Shown: positions 11,802-26,069, numbered from the stretch's first letter. The stretch is 64,000 nt of DNA from Paramecium tetraurelia (GCA_000165425.1 CT868677.1:1-64000); one strand, 5' to 3'. Translations and numbers: made by a program. The notes: generated from the letters alone by a model not told the origin.

Positions 11802-14800
11802 ATGGATGATGCATATTCAAGACAAGCCTCTACTCCACCGGATCGAAAGAGTACGTTGGAATCAATGCGAAATGAAAACATGAACTTTGTTGAGTAAATC
11901 TTAATTAGATAGTCTATAGCTCAAACGATGTGATTGTGGAGTATTACAAAAATCAGTAGATAAATTTATTATGGCTAGATAAGTGAGCGGATTGGACAGA
12001 TATTTTTTGGAGAATCGAATAGTGGCTCGATGAGGATAAAACATTACATACGAATACTCCATTGGTCCTAGAAGCCGATGATGGAATAGGAAAGAAAACG
12101 CTCTTGGTAAAATGGATGGAATACCATGCCAGGAATAAAAAAGGGGTAAGATTATAGTAAATAATAGCGATATCCTGATTTCATCATTCCTCATTTTGCT
12201 ACTTAGTCGGGCAAAAATAGCAATTATTATTATGCAATATATAGAATCCTAATCAAATTAAGAGAAGCATTGAATATTAAACAAAAAGTGGAGCTTTTGG
12301 AAGAGAAATTGAGACGTTACTTTTAATATTGGTTAGAAATATGTAGTAGACAATTAGAATAGCAGATTATCAATGGAGCAGAAACAATCTATGATAAAGT
12401 ATTTCTTCCTATTAATATAACAGGTTATTCTGGTGTTTGAGGGCATTGACAACTTTAGAGAAATCCTGGATATGCATAGAGAAGCCAACGTCAATTTTTG
12501 GTTGCCAAAATACTTTCCAACTAATATCAAAGTAATTGTAACTGCTGAAAGACAATCCTCTTCGATGAGATTACTTAAACCAGATTGCCAAGTGATTCCT
12601 ATTGTGTCTGATAAAGCATACATGAAATAGATGGTTAATAATCATTTGGGGAAGAATTTATTTATTTAAGTAGTCAAATTTTATATATTTAGGAATTTGA
12701 TCATATTTTAGATATATTCATACAACTCAATTACAAAGTTAGAAATTAACCTCTCTTTGTAAGATCCTACTTTTCTGTATTTGTGCCCTACCCAACAGAT
12801 GGAGTAGTCGAAGAAAATGAAATAGATATTTCATTCATTCAAAAAATCCTTAACTCTCTAACTCTTGATCACTTTAAGAAGATGAAAGTTGTTGAGGACT
12901 TATTTCAATTCTAATTAGAAATATTCTCAAAAGCAGAATTGCTTGATAAAGAAAAATTCAAAAATGTCCTTCTTGTCTTAGCCTTAACCTAAAAAGGATT
13001 GACATATCAAGAAATAGAATCAGTTTGTGATATCACATAGTAGGAATGGAAACGATTTCTTGTTTTCTTTAAGGTTTATATAATGAAACATAGGGATTTA
13101 TGGTTAATACATAATGAAATATTTAAAAAAGTGGTTATCAATCAATATTATACAGATGTACATAGTATTTTGGAGCTTCATGATAAAATTGCTGCATCGA
13201 TTGATAAGATCACTCCAAACTCAATTAGAAAACTGGAGGAATAAAACATTTCAATTATTTAGTGCAAAGAATTACTTCGCCCTAAAAGAAGTTATAAGTA
13301 TAATCGAAAACTTCTTACTCTTGTTTAATCCTTCTAATAAATATGATTTGTGTAGATATTGGCAATCTTTGGAGGAAAATGGATTTGTACCCAGTCTTAG
13401 AGTATAATAAAGCTGTTGAAGGTTTTCAAATCCACTATCATCCAAATGCAGAGGATATGTTTAGAATCATTATTCAGATCTCTAGATTTCTAAAGGAATT
13501 CGGAGATTTCGAAACCAAAAATACACCTGTCTTTAGACATCCTCCTATTATTGGGATGCTCAATGATCTCTATGATATAGGATTGCTGTATGAAATACTA
13601 AAATTGGATCTCTATTATGATAAAGCTCCAGAATTGAAGCAGTTTGACCCAGCCAAACATTTAAAGCGTGTAGCTAAACCATTAACAGCTCCAGTATTAT
13701 CGAAGCAGGAATCCTTAAATGTTGAAATAGCCTAAAACAGAGCGGAAATCAGAACTCACTATTTGAAGCAACTAAGTAAGCCAGCTGAACCTACCGACAA
13801 TGAAGAGGAATAGCCTTAATCTGTCGATTAATTGGCTGAAGAAATTGATTAGAAATTAAGAAAAACTCTGTAATCCAAAGAAGAAAACTTATCAGAAGAT
13901 TTGCTATAATCAAGTGAAAGGGAATCAACAGATTACTATTATAAGAGATGGATTTGGATTCAGTTTCCCTGGGCATGTATGAGTATCAGTAAAAGGTGTG
14001 ATTATTCAACTGTGATTAAGCAATGCTTTTCATCTGCGACAGATTACATGAGTGTAGAGGACGAAAATGCTTTTACTGAATCAGCTCTAAAAATAGCACT
14101 AGAAGCAAAAAGAAAGAAAAAGGAAATGTATGAACAAAAACACCATGAAGAATTAAGATTGCAAATTATCCCATAAATTTCAGTTTTGTAATAGAAGAAT
14201 ATGGATGAAGTTATGAGAAAATAAAAAAGAGAATAATTAGAGTTAAGTTCAATATCAAGTGCCAGATTTGATAGATCCACTATTTCTGTCTTGCCTCCAT
14301 TATCAACCAGAAGTTCATAAGCCAAGAAAATTAGTTCTCCAGAAAATTTTTATCCTCACCTCATGTTCATTACATCTGACTTTACAGATTCTAATCATCT
14401 AAATGAAGAATCAAAAACAATAAAACTAACTTAGAGTAGTGTGCCTAATGATGGCAAATAAACCATGCAATTACTTGATGATATGAAATCTAAAAAGGAA
14501 AGAATCAAATAGTTTTCAACTTCCTCCGTTCAACATTTATCTTATAAAGTTACTGAAATCTTTCCAATTATCAAAGGTTCCATCCAAAATCATTCCAATT
14601 CCAACAATTGAATGTTTTAAATAGTTAACTGAGAATGAATGAAAGGAAAATTGGATTAGATTAGTTATGAGAACCTACAATTGGCCAAGACTTATAAACT
14701 CTTAAAGATTATGGATTTTAATAAAGGATACTTGGTAAGAGAAATGAATAGTTTGGATGGATTGAAATAGGCACATGAAGTGTTAAAGAAATAAACTGAT

Positions 14801-15891
14801 ATCGCTGAGAAAGACCTAAAAAGAAGTTATAAAATGAAAACAAGAGTGAAGAAGATCCTTAAAATTTGCAGAGATAATAAATAATAAAATGAAGAGTATA
14901 TTAGAAATCTTAATTACTTAACTAGAAACTTCATTAAGTTAATTAAATTCGAAGAATAGGAAATTAAAAAAAGTTAGCTTAATATAAAATTTGCTAAAAG
15001 ATAATTTGATGAATTTTTAAAGGTTTATAGAGAAAAAAGAAATCATTAAAGGAACTTAATTTTTTAGATTAAAGATAGCTTATAATAAAAAAAATACCTA
15101 GACAAATTGTTCTAAGATGGAGATAAAAAGATTGCTGATTCAGCTAATGCATCGATCAAAAAATTAAGAAAGAAGTTAGCAAAAAAAGAGGATGACTCTA
15201 AAAATAAAAAGAATAAAGAGGCGTAAGAAAAAGAAGAAAAGCATCTCAGTGAAAAATTATAATTGTTAACTGCTTCATATGATAAGATCAAAGGAGGGGT
15301 GTTTGATATTAAGATAGAAAATTATAATTAAACTAATCAATTCATAGATTTCATGGCTTAAAAAGATAGAAAAAGTGAATATGAGATTAAACTATCGGAA
15401 AGAATGCAGAAATATACTGAAGTCAAAGAGCAAGAAAAAAAATTAAATGAACAATTAAATACTTATTAGAATGCCTATTTATCTCTAAATATTCCATAAC
15501 AATAGGAAACAAAAACTGAAGGTAATAATGTTACATAATAAAATATTTTAGATCCAAATAATGATAAGATTCAATCAACAAATTTATAAAAGCAAGAATA
15601 ATATCTGAAGAAGTTAATGCTATTATAAGCGAAGTTAGCCAGTTCATTAGAACAGATTAACGATAAGTGTAAAATTAAAAAAGATGATTCTGTATAATAC
15701 TTGTATAATTTTAGATAATTGAAGAATTAAAGAAGAGACAGTAATTGATAATTAAAAATGAGGGGGAAGCATCTTACAACAATCTTATAAAGGAGAAATA
15801 TGATATTGACTCCTTATTAAAGAAAAGTGCACCCTTTTATTTTCCTAAAAGGTATACAGTTCATGGTAGTAGGTAACCGAGCGAGGAATGA
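11802..15891 (+). CDS. Large NPHP3/TTC41-like STAND (NACHT-like) P-loop protein with a C-terminal coiled coil; several lesions in this sequence
   Basis: PLVLEADDGIGKKTLLVKW (Walker A-like), VILVFEGID (Walker B-like), FWLPKYFPTNIKVIVT, GLTYQEI and DLCRYWQSL. In-frame TGA at 11984-11986 and indels near 13245, 13388 and ~14600-14640. Confidence 0.65.
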
Positions 15892-16798
15892 AAATTATAA
15901 TTTTAAATAACATAAATATAATTTCCTTCTAAGTAATAGGTTGATTCATCATTTACAGAGATTTTTCTTTCATTATAGTTGTTTTATGAATCATTTCTCT
16001 CAATTTTGATAAAATATCTCATGTTTTTCTGAAGACATAATTCAATGATAATTATATCAAAATTAAGAGATTTTTGATTTTATAATTATTTCATGGTTTT
16101 AGTTTTAAGTATATACACATACATCTTAAGAAATTGGTAGCCAATCAAATATTTCAGATAAGATAAGGTATCCTAAACAAAACCCCTTATAAGATAGGAA
16201 GCTATGCTAGCAAACAAGAAAATAGCCAAAATTAACCGCGAAATCTATTTACTAATTACAATCTATCAACAATGTTTATATTTGAGAATATCTAATTGAA
16301 TCCTTATAAAATATAATGAAATATTTTAAGAAGTAATAGAGAAGGATTTTTCAATTCTTGAAATCTGTTATTAAATAAATAAAAATTTTGATGTTCTTTT
16401 TCGATTATTCTATCTTTTTAATAACAAATTACGCAAAGCAAAACTATGAAATGTAATTAACTGATAAAACACTATTTATTTTAATATATTATAATACATA
16501 ACCTCCCCAGTTAGAATATTTATATTATTCTATTTACAAATGAATTAGAAAATAATGAGAATATAAGAGCGTAGATTCTGAATACGTTGACTAACTTACA
16601 TATTAAGGGAGTGCTTAGTGGGACATTTAGGTTATTGATGACATTTTCTTTCTTTTTTCCATTATACAATATGCAAATTATTCTAATTATGACTATAGGA
16701 TTCATCCAATCACTTATTTATGCGGAGGTGGTCATTGTTTAGTAATATATTTCTTTGATTTATAAAATTTTATTCATTTCTATTCAAATATTATCAAA

Positions 16799-17213
16799 TC
16801 AAAGCATCCCTATGAACTTTTAATTTAAATTTTTGCTCGATCTTCTTTCTGTTATTGGTTTGAGAGGGCTTTAGAGGCATGAAGCTGATCTCAAATCGAT
16901 TATAACAGTTTCAGAAATTGACGTCGATTTCTAAAAACGATAGCTGACATATTGTTACCAATTCTTTGGTTTCCTTGAACTCGCGAGAGAGGATTAATTT
17001 CGATGTCGTCTTTTGATCGATTTATGTGATAGAGGGCATGGCTGAAGGGAAGTCGTCAAAGATGTCCATTTTATCCATATCTCCAATGATTGAAATTTTC
17101 ATTGGTTCCATACTCTATCCCTTATGAGGGTGAAAGATTATGGGCGCCTTTGCTAAGGGTTTTACTTCATTTGCCTTTAGAGTTACATTAATTCGATCCT
17201 AACAACATCCCAT
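16799..17213 (-). CDS. Small hypothetical protein with an MGCC N-terminus (predicted dual acylation)
   Basis: ATG GGA TGT TGT at 17213. A 1-nt shift near 17012 is needed to reach TGA at 16799-16801; without it the frame stops near 16890. Confidence 0.55.
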
Positions 17214-17791
17214 ATTATATTAAGTTAGGGAAATTGATTTAAATTAATATATCAAAACAATGTAAAAGTTTTTAGTGCAAAAGTATGAAAGATTCTTCAA
17301 ATTAATTAAAGATAATAAAGGAATTTAAATTCTTTTAGATTTTTAAAAACCTTATAATTCAATTAAAAGCGAAGATTGACAAACAATAATCATTTGTGTA
17401 TTAATTAATGACAGGATATAATGGAGAGTAAAAAAAGAATGTGCAATTTTGAGTAGATACAATCTAATATGAAATATTAAATAAATTGATTCTTAAAAAG
17501 GATTTGCATTTTTAATTTATTTTAATTATTTCCAATATTTCAATTCAAAAACAACCACAAACTTGATATATAAAGCATATTTTTGGTTATATATTTATAA
17601 TTAATTATCTGTGTAAATAATGTTGTATATACCTTGCAATTTGATTTGAGGGAGTGATAAGGAAAAACAAAATGATAGTGGAATCGAGAAGAAGTGCGGA
17701 AATCTAAGTGAATTTTGATCATTATTATAATCACAATAGTTCGTATTTGAATTAATAATACATATTTTTATTAAGTTTTCAAATCTTTAAA

Positions 17792-18714
17792 ATGAGCACC
17801 AATATGTTTAATGTCCTCAACATTTCAGATGATGAGGATTCTAAAACTCAATAGGCACAATAAAAAACCCAATAGCAACAGGCAAAGAAGAGTAAGGTCA
17901 TTCTTTCATCATTAATTAGATAAGTAAAAGCGTGAATAGGAATAAGTGATTCCTGTCGAATTAGTTAAGAAAGAAAGCACTTAACATAAAAATCCAGCAC
18001 CAAAACAAAAGGGTTCTAACAGCTGATCCTCATCCAAAGGACAGACATTCTGGAACAGGAATTGGAAAGGAACTTCGTAAAGAAGGTGGTGGAAGAAGAA
18101 ATTGGGGAAATTATAAAGACGATTTAAAGTAGGAGAAATACCAAGGTGCAATTGAGGGAAAGGAGGCACAATAAGAATAAAATACAGAATAATAAGCTGA
18201 AGAATAATAGCCATAGGAAAATGTACCATAACCACCAGCAGAGAAGACATTAGCAGATTATTATCAAGCAAGAGGAGCGGTAAAGAATGAATAATAATAA
18301 ATATATAGAATGTTGAGGATATACTCAAAAAGTAGGAATAGAAACCATAGCCAGTAGTAAAGATTGATGAGGAGGCATTGAAGAAGGAGAAATTACAGGT
18401 GATGAGAACAAGAGAAGATGAGAAGAGAGAGAAGGAATAGAAGGCAGCTAAAAAATCAAGTGGTTAGTAATAGGGATACAGAAGTGAAATGGAGTACAGA
18501 AGGATAATAATATTTTCGGATTTACAAATGATACAAAAAGAAATGACAGAAATGACAGAAATGATAGAAATGATAGAAATGACAGAAATGACAGAAATGA
18601 AAGGAAAGATCAGAATAACAAAGGATAAAAGAAATAAGTACTTATTAATTCTATAATTAGTAATAACCAAATAATGGAGTTCAATTCGATGATAAGGATT
18701 TCCCATCATTATGA
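17792..18714 (+). CDS. HABP4/SERBP1/Stm1-family RNA- and ribosome-binding protein
   Basis: N-terminal NMFNVL, DRHSGTG...RKEGGGRRNWG, EKTLADY and C-terminal DKDFPSL-TGA. One 28-nt intron; extra G at 18011-18013. Confidence 0.85.
18539..18601 (+). repeat. 9-bp coding minisatellite (AGAAATGAY)x6 plus AGAAATGAA, encoding (RND)6-RNE
   Basis: Directly visible tandem repeat inside the SERBP1-like CDS. Confidence 0.9.
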
Positions 18715-18782
18715 AGTGATCATTCCAAACACATAAAAAAGTGAGAAATTTGGTATATATAGTACATATATCAATTATAATT

Positions 18783-19421
18783 TCACTCTCTCTTCATTAG
18801 TGATTAGACTTCACTTAATTTATTAGAGACAGGCAATCTAAGGTTCATTTCTGACTTACTGTGTCTAATAACTTCTTGTCTCGCAGTATTTTATGTTGAT
18901 CTGAAAATATCATCCATTTTTGAATTAAAGCTCCTCACAGTTTATGGTCTCATTGGTTGGACATACTTAGAGACTTAATTAAACATTGGTCCGATCTCAA
19001 TATTCCGCTTTCTTTTGTTGTCTCTAGAACTTTAACTCGTTTTTCTCATCTTGTAGAATGCACTGCTTTTAACTTTAGTAGCTGAAGCTCCTCTTGAAAT
19101 AAACATGGAGACTGGAAATTGAATTTATCTGGATGTGGTGGTTGTTGCATCTTCCACTTAGGCATCAGTTTTCTACTTTGAGATGTGAGTTGGAATGTGA
19201 CTGTATTGTTGTAGTTTTTCTGAATCTTACTCCTCATATTAGTCATCTTCTTTCTTTCTATGTATTCTTTGTAAGTAATCAATAACATTTATAAATGGTG
19301 TTTCAATATTACGTGGTGAACGTAATTGTCGGATCTAATTTAGGATGTGCATTGAGAATTTCTTGCCTGTCAATTTGGATTTGAGTTATCGATGTTTACA
19401 ATTTTGACAAAGATCTGACAT
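18783..19421 (-). CDS. Hypothetical protein
   Basis: Uninterrupted code-6 ORF of about 212 codons, MSDLCQNCKHRQ...SLMKRE-TGA. Confidence 0.7.
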
Positions 19422-19451
19422 AAATATGTAATTATATTATTAAAATTAAAT

Positions 19452-22400
19452 TCACTTCCATATCTTGATGGTATTATCCTTACTAGCAGTAAGAAGATAA
19501 CTATTCTCACTATCCAAATAGATCATGTCAGTTATGCTATCTTGATGTTCTATGAAATGTGAAATATTGGGAGCATTCCGAATTTCATGATCCTCAATGA
19601 TTAGGACATCGCCTTTCATGTATTGTTTGTATTTCCGATTTGAGTTGTAGGGCGAGCAAATCACATTAGTTTGGAATTCCTTTATTATTGAAATTATTAT
19701 ACTAATTCAGAATTATTAACATCGCTATTCAAAGTCCAACTTTAAACACTTCTGTCCTTAGAAGCTGTGATTATGGTATTCTCTAGTTTCTGGTTATATC
19801 CTCTGCCACTCAAACACAGCATCGAAGTTACATTGGTTGTGTCTTGGAATGAGCAATCTAAATAGTTCTTCCACATATTCTACAGCAATTGCTCCTTCAC
19901 AAAAAGTGAGGAGAAATTCAAATTGAATTTTTGGATTGTTTAATCATTCGATTGAGTGTAGGTTGCTATTCTGTTTACTTCATTTACAATCTATTCAACA
20001 TTTAGAACTGACTTCAGTTTTGGCATTTCCATTTACACATTCTTATTCTGAGAGCAATGTAAAAATAAGGACGGATTTATTGAGTTTCTATTCATTTTTA
20101 TATCAAAGAAAGCAACCTCATTATGCAGAGATTGATAACCGATCCCAACCAATTTATCACTATTCGAATTTATACCTTCTAGTAATGAATTGCGATTCAT
20201 CTCACACATATTGAAGATGGGCAATGGCTAATCATTCTTCGATACTAATTGATAGATATTCATAAGCATCATGCATCTATTGTCATATAATATTAAATAA
20301 CCATTAAGAGTACTTAACAAAGTCTTGTAATTGTCATGAATTAAACTAGTTGCTAAACCGCATTTTTTATTCACACCTAAGTATTATGAACTTCTAGATC
20401 TGATATCCTCAAGAACCAAAGATCCTTTCTCAGTGACATAACAGAAGGCATTGTCATAGTCTACTATTCTCCTTATTCCTGAATCTGCTTAGGGGAAGGT
20501 AGTCACTCTCAAATCAGCCCTGTATTAACTAACTTAGCCAGAGTTTGTACCCACAATGAAACTCTCTGTGCCCTCTAGAAAACGTAGAGCAGTTACCTTC
20601 TCAATTTGCCTTTGCTCGTTCTTAATGGGGATTTATAGTATACTCCCACTAGTAAAGTCTTCTTAAATCTTATTCATGTCAAAAAATCTAATTGTGCCAT
20701 CATGAGAACCAGAGATAAATCTTCTTTGATCACTATGTTTCTGCAATGAAGTCACAATATCATCGTGTTCTGAAATAGTGGTAACTAATTGATTTCTTAT
20801 CTTGAATTGTCTTACTATCTTGGGCTGGATACTCCTTTAAAATTTAAGCTCAGGCTTATGCAATTGATATGATTTCTATATAAATGAATTAAAGATGATG
20901 TGAAAATTAAGATAATTAATACACTAAGTGCTGGATTTGAAGGATTGTTACACAAGGTGTTTCTTTTTGAAATTTTCGTATTGTTCAAATTTTTTCAAAT
21001 ATATTCCAAAGTTACCATTGCTGAAATTAGACTGATCTTCCAAAGCTCTTTCATTGGCAATAAAGTCTTGGAAAATATGAAAAGATCCTTATTTTAACAA
21101 TTTGATCCTGCATGCTGCATCAAAAAATTCATCAAACCTTCGCTTAATCATTGTTATTGGTAAAACCTATTTATTATTCTATTTTTAAGCTGATATCTCT
21201 TGATTTGGCTTTGATTTCAAGATGTATTCTTGTTAGTAATTGTTATAGTTGTACTATTCCCTTTCACTCGAAGGCTAGAAGTTACTAAACTCTTGATTCT
21301 TGCTCATAAATAGTGATTAACTTGCAGGCTTCTACACTAAGAAAGAAAACACCTCCTCGTTCAAATGGGGCACATCTTATTTCAAATATTTCTTTATATA
21401 AGGGAGCAAATGTAAATAATTCTCCAGACTGTTGAAGTTTCTCAATTAAATGATTATAAATTTTTAGGCTTCCTCCCTTACCCATCGATTATGATGCAAA
21501 ACCAAAGGAGATATTTCTTTTATGAACTATTTGATCTTATCTAATTCCAATAGTTAATTTTCCGAAGCCTTTGTTATTATTCTTAGAGTCCGAAAGAGGG
21601 CTAGTTCATGTCTTGTATTCAATTACAAACAGGTCAATAGAGTCTTCTTCATATCAGTTTAGGCATAATATTGTAACAGATCAAATCCAACTTCCAATAG
21701 TGGAATTTTTAGATGTATTTTATTCAATTGAGCTATCAGAAGCTTCATGATTTCAATAGTCTAGAATTAATCGTAGTATTATAACACATTTTTAATATTC
21801 TATATCAATAGGATACATTATTCCTAATTCTCATCTTGTAATTTCTTCTATATTATTTGTATGAAGAGATTCTTCTCCTCAGCTCTATTGAATATGTGTA
21901 AGACTTCTGCTATGTCTCCAATCTTAAGGGCCAACATTGGATTCTAATTCATATCTTACATTCTGGTTTTAATTTGTTCCCAAATGTACAATTTGAAGAT
22001 GAGAGCTTCAGTTTAGCAATTATGAGGATAGTTCAATCTTTTCAAAAGGTCTAGCAGAATTGAAAATGCATAATACTGAGTCTAACCTTCATAATCTTCA
22101 CTGAATTAACCCAAATTAGGAATGATTAATTTATACATAGAGGAGTCATCAATAAATCCAAGCAGGTATTCCACTAGTTCTAAACCACAAAGTCTTGTTT
22201 GTAAGAATCTGCAATTCCTCATTGAATTAAATATCCAGAGTATAAAAATTATGTACTCATTTTGCCTCTAATTATTATTTGTCTTAACACTCTCCAATAA
22301 AGATTTCCGATCGAATTACTTTGATTTCCAGCATATCAATTCACTAACATTTGGAGATCCCCTCAGATTCCCTTTTGATTTGAGTTAGTCTTCTGAATTT

Positions 22401-23651
22401 TGATTGTTGTTCTAATCTTTAGCAATCAAGTTTTCACAATTCTCTATCTACCCTGCCAATATCTCACTACTTGGAGGAGTATTAAATTAGATTTTTGTGC
22501 GTTTGTTTGGACTTATGGATTCCACTTCTATTTCGTTAAATGCATCCAAGGGAACAAACTAGAGAGGGATTGGCATAACATAATTCCATTATTTGGATTG
22601 AGTCAATGATATAATCTACCTAAATAATTGAATTCTGATATCAGGATGCATAAATTCGCCTTTGAAATTGATTGCATAACATACCTTTTGAAGCAATTCA
22701 AATATTTCATCAGCACAAATTTGATCTTAAAATTGATTAAATGCTTATTCAGCTGTGAAACGCTTATTGGGATCTTTCTCGATTAGATTGCAAATCAGAT
22801 CTCCAACTAAATCTTCAACTGAAATGAGGGGTTCTTGATCTGGCTTCAGGTATTGCAGCAGTTAATTAAATGTGAATAGGTTCTCACCAGTATAGATTTC
22901 ATAAATGACACATCCGACTGAAAACATGTCCATCTTCTGTAGGTCATTGATTTATTGTTTGGTGAGATTGGGAATGTATTGGATATCTTGTGTCTCTGCA
23001 TATTTCTCTGGAGCCAATGTGCATTTTTGAATTGACGACTCATAGACATTCCTGATGATTTCCAATTTGTTGCTATAGTAGGGTTTATAAGAGGCGAAGT
23101 CTGTTAAGACAAGGTAATCCAAACTGGTGAGTAAAATGTTCGAAGAGCGTATGTGTCCATGATATAAGTTCTGTTGATGTAAGGTTTTTACAGCGCTCAA
23201 TAATTGCAAAGTGTAGAAATTCAACAAGCATTTGGGTAGCTTATAATTGGATTTGCAATCTCTCTTCTAGAGTCATGTGCAACATTTAACGAGAGACTGC
23301 CAAATAGTCTTTATTACACTCATTCTGCATTTCTTATGGAGAGGGTTTTTCTAATTTGCCAAAGTTGATTAATCCACGAAATGCCATTAGATTTGGATAA
23401 GGCTCAAGTTTTTCAATCAAATATTGAAAGTTTTAATAGTGGGTGTAAAGTTCAAAATGCGTCAATTGTTTGAGTATTAGGTGCACTTTGACAATTAAAT
23501 TCTAATGGTGCATTTTGTAATGCATGGTCTTAAATAATTTATTATCCGACAATCGCTTTTATCGGACTCCAATGTCCTACTCAGTGTTATGAGTCTCAAA
23601 AGATTTCATCTGATTGAGCCTACCTTTGTGATCAATCAAAGAGTTTCCCAT
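19452..23651 (-). CDS. VPS15: VPS15/PIK3R4: myristoylated pseudokinase, helical repeats and WD40
   Basis: MGNS N-terminus, YHGHIRSSNILLTSLDYLVLTDFASYKP, LAPE, DMFSVGCVIYE; C-terminal WD40 ending LLTASKDNTIKIWK-TGA. Indels near 23253, ~22485 and ~22310. Confidence 0.9.
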
Positions 23652-23721
23652 TTTTATATATATAAATAATCACTTATCATATTATAAAACAACATGCTAT
23701 ATAAATAACTACTCCATGTAA

Positions 23722-25998
23722 TCACCCTTAATTAAGATTATCACATCTCATTTTTGTCAACATATTTAATAGAATTTTATGATTCTCCTTCTAATCAGGG
23801 TGAGTCTCTATGTAGAAATCAATCCAATCTCTGGCTTCATCGTATAATGTATGCTCATCCAGAGTCAGCTTGTCTAGATTTAATTCAATAAATACAAAAT
23901 AACTTGTAACCCTTGATGGAGTCTGGATCATTCTTTATTAATTCTCTCAAACACTGAATGTACGAATTTCCAAAGAAATCTCGAATAAATTAAACTACCA
24001 TTAATTATACTCAATACTCCTTAATTTATTCGCTTTACTACAATTTGAATTACATTTCTAGTACTCCTCCAATACCTTCAGTCCATCCTCCTTCTTCTTC
24101 TCGCCTAGTATTTTAGCCTTCATCTCCACCAACTTCAATGAATGTTAATATGGCAGTGAATCAATGAATTATAATGCTATGTCATTGGAATATAGCTTTA
24201 CGAGCATTTAAACTAGAATACACATACAAATACACCTTTCAATAATTGAATCTCCTCATTCTATGGATTTAATTAGAAGTATTCATCTATCGTAACTAAA
24301 AGCTCTTTTTATCTTCCTTAGTTGTGCAATAACTTGACTTAAGATAACAAATTAATTTTGTACTTTTTGCTAAATAACCATTTTCATCTCCGTGGTAGAA
24401 TTTTATATGTTAGTCTAATAAAGAAATAGCCTTGTCATGCTACTTCAATACAGTTGTCAGTATTTCTGCCTTCCTCAACAATATGTTCTGCTCTTCATTC
24501 GGACATGCCTAGATGAATTTCTCCCAATGTTATTTGATTTGAATTGGCTTGCATTTGTATTTCATAAATTAGGCTTTAAATAATAACAAATTCAAAGCAA
24601 CCTTTCTCATCATATCCTTTAAACTAACATGGATACAAATTGATGTAATCATCAAATACTTTCAATGCCAAATCCAATTGATTCAATTTATAATAATAAT
24701 TGGCTAAATGATAATAATATATCTTACCCTTATCAATATAGAACTTAATGTCGTTTGGATTTTATAAGATCAATTATTCCATTTGATTAATATCATAAAT
24801 CTTTGGTATGATAATGTTCATTACTTAATAATCAATTAATACTTACTTTCATTAAATATTTCATTTTGAACTATAAGTTTCTTCTTCTATTCAATAGTAT
24901 TCAACAAATTCAATTTCTCCACTATGGGTTGATTACAAATGTATGAGGAAAGAAGATACTTTAATTTTTCTAAATCATACCCTTTGATCAACTAATTTTA
25001 TGATTTATCTACAAATATCAATTGAAAATTACAATTGTCGATGTCTAAATATATTATTTTGCAAATCTCCTTAATATCTAAACTGTCTAAGTAACCAGAA
25101 AGGATATGAGGATTAAATTTTCCCTTCAATTGAAAGGCGATTTAACATTTTTTATTATGGGCTTCTAAACTGTCAGGAAACTTGAGTAAATATTAATCAA
25201 ATTGATTCTCATCTCTATCGAGAAGACACAACTATTCAAATCCATAGAGATCATTGGGATTATTCTTTATAAACAACTTCAACACAGAAGCCTCATTTTG
25301 AATGTTCAACAATCTCAAATACCCAGTTCTATTGTTTGGATTATCGATTATGAACTAGTTCCAAAGTTCAACTTGTAGAGAGGGAATTAAATCACAGAGA
25401 CAGTCATAACCTTCAATGGAATCTGGATTTTCTCTTAAGTACTTTTTATAGAGATTAATCCCTTCTTCAAATTGATCCAAGAAATCAGCCAAAAATCTAA
25501 CTGCGGATTAATGATAGTTAAATTACATGCTTGATGGTAATATTTAAGTTGTACTCTTGGTTACTGCAAAAAATCATCAATTACTGATTAATACTCTTGA
25601 TTGAAATAGCTGTGTAACAAGCATAATTTACGAACTAATAAATGCTTATCTCGGAATAAAGACTATTGGGTTGCGTTGATGACTTAGCGAAATAGTTTTT
25701 CCTTTTATTTTAATGTTATGCAGCATTCGAATTTATTGTGAAGTGTAAATTCCTAACAGTCCAAAAGGATGGATTTCAAAGGGTTGGCAACGAATTTGTC
25801 ATCCTCTTCCAGATATTTGCTCAATACTATAATAAGTTGGTAATGTGAAAGAAATACATTAATATTGCCATGACTGGGGGAATACTCGCTGTAAAAGTGC
25901 GTGGTTGGTTTTATAGGTTTGTTATGCTATTGATTATCGTAGGAGTTGGAATGATTGTGGAAATTCCTTCTTTTTGTAGTGTAATTGGGAGAGTACAT
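23722..25998 (-). CDS. Helical-repeat (TPR/HAT-like) hypothetical protein
   Basis: Multi-intron code-6 frame with TPR-like segments (ILQNPNDIKFYIDKANYYYKLNQLDLALKVFDDYINLYP; EEGINLYKKYLRENPDSIEGY). Confidence 0.6.
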
Positions 25999-26069
25999 AT
26001 GACTTATCAATTTGATTTGTGTTATTCATATAAATAATATATAATTGATTAATATATTTAATGTCGGTC

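Noticed and set aside
11984..11986. In-frame TGA as selenocysteine or readthrough
   Set aside because: There is no redox motif context and no SECIS that I can identify, and the same gene has several other lesions, so error or decay is more likely.
18539..18601. CRISPR-like or regulatory repeat array
   Set aside because: The units are spacerless 9-bp in-frame coding repeats in a eukaryotic gene.
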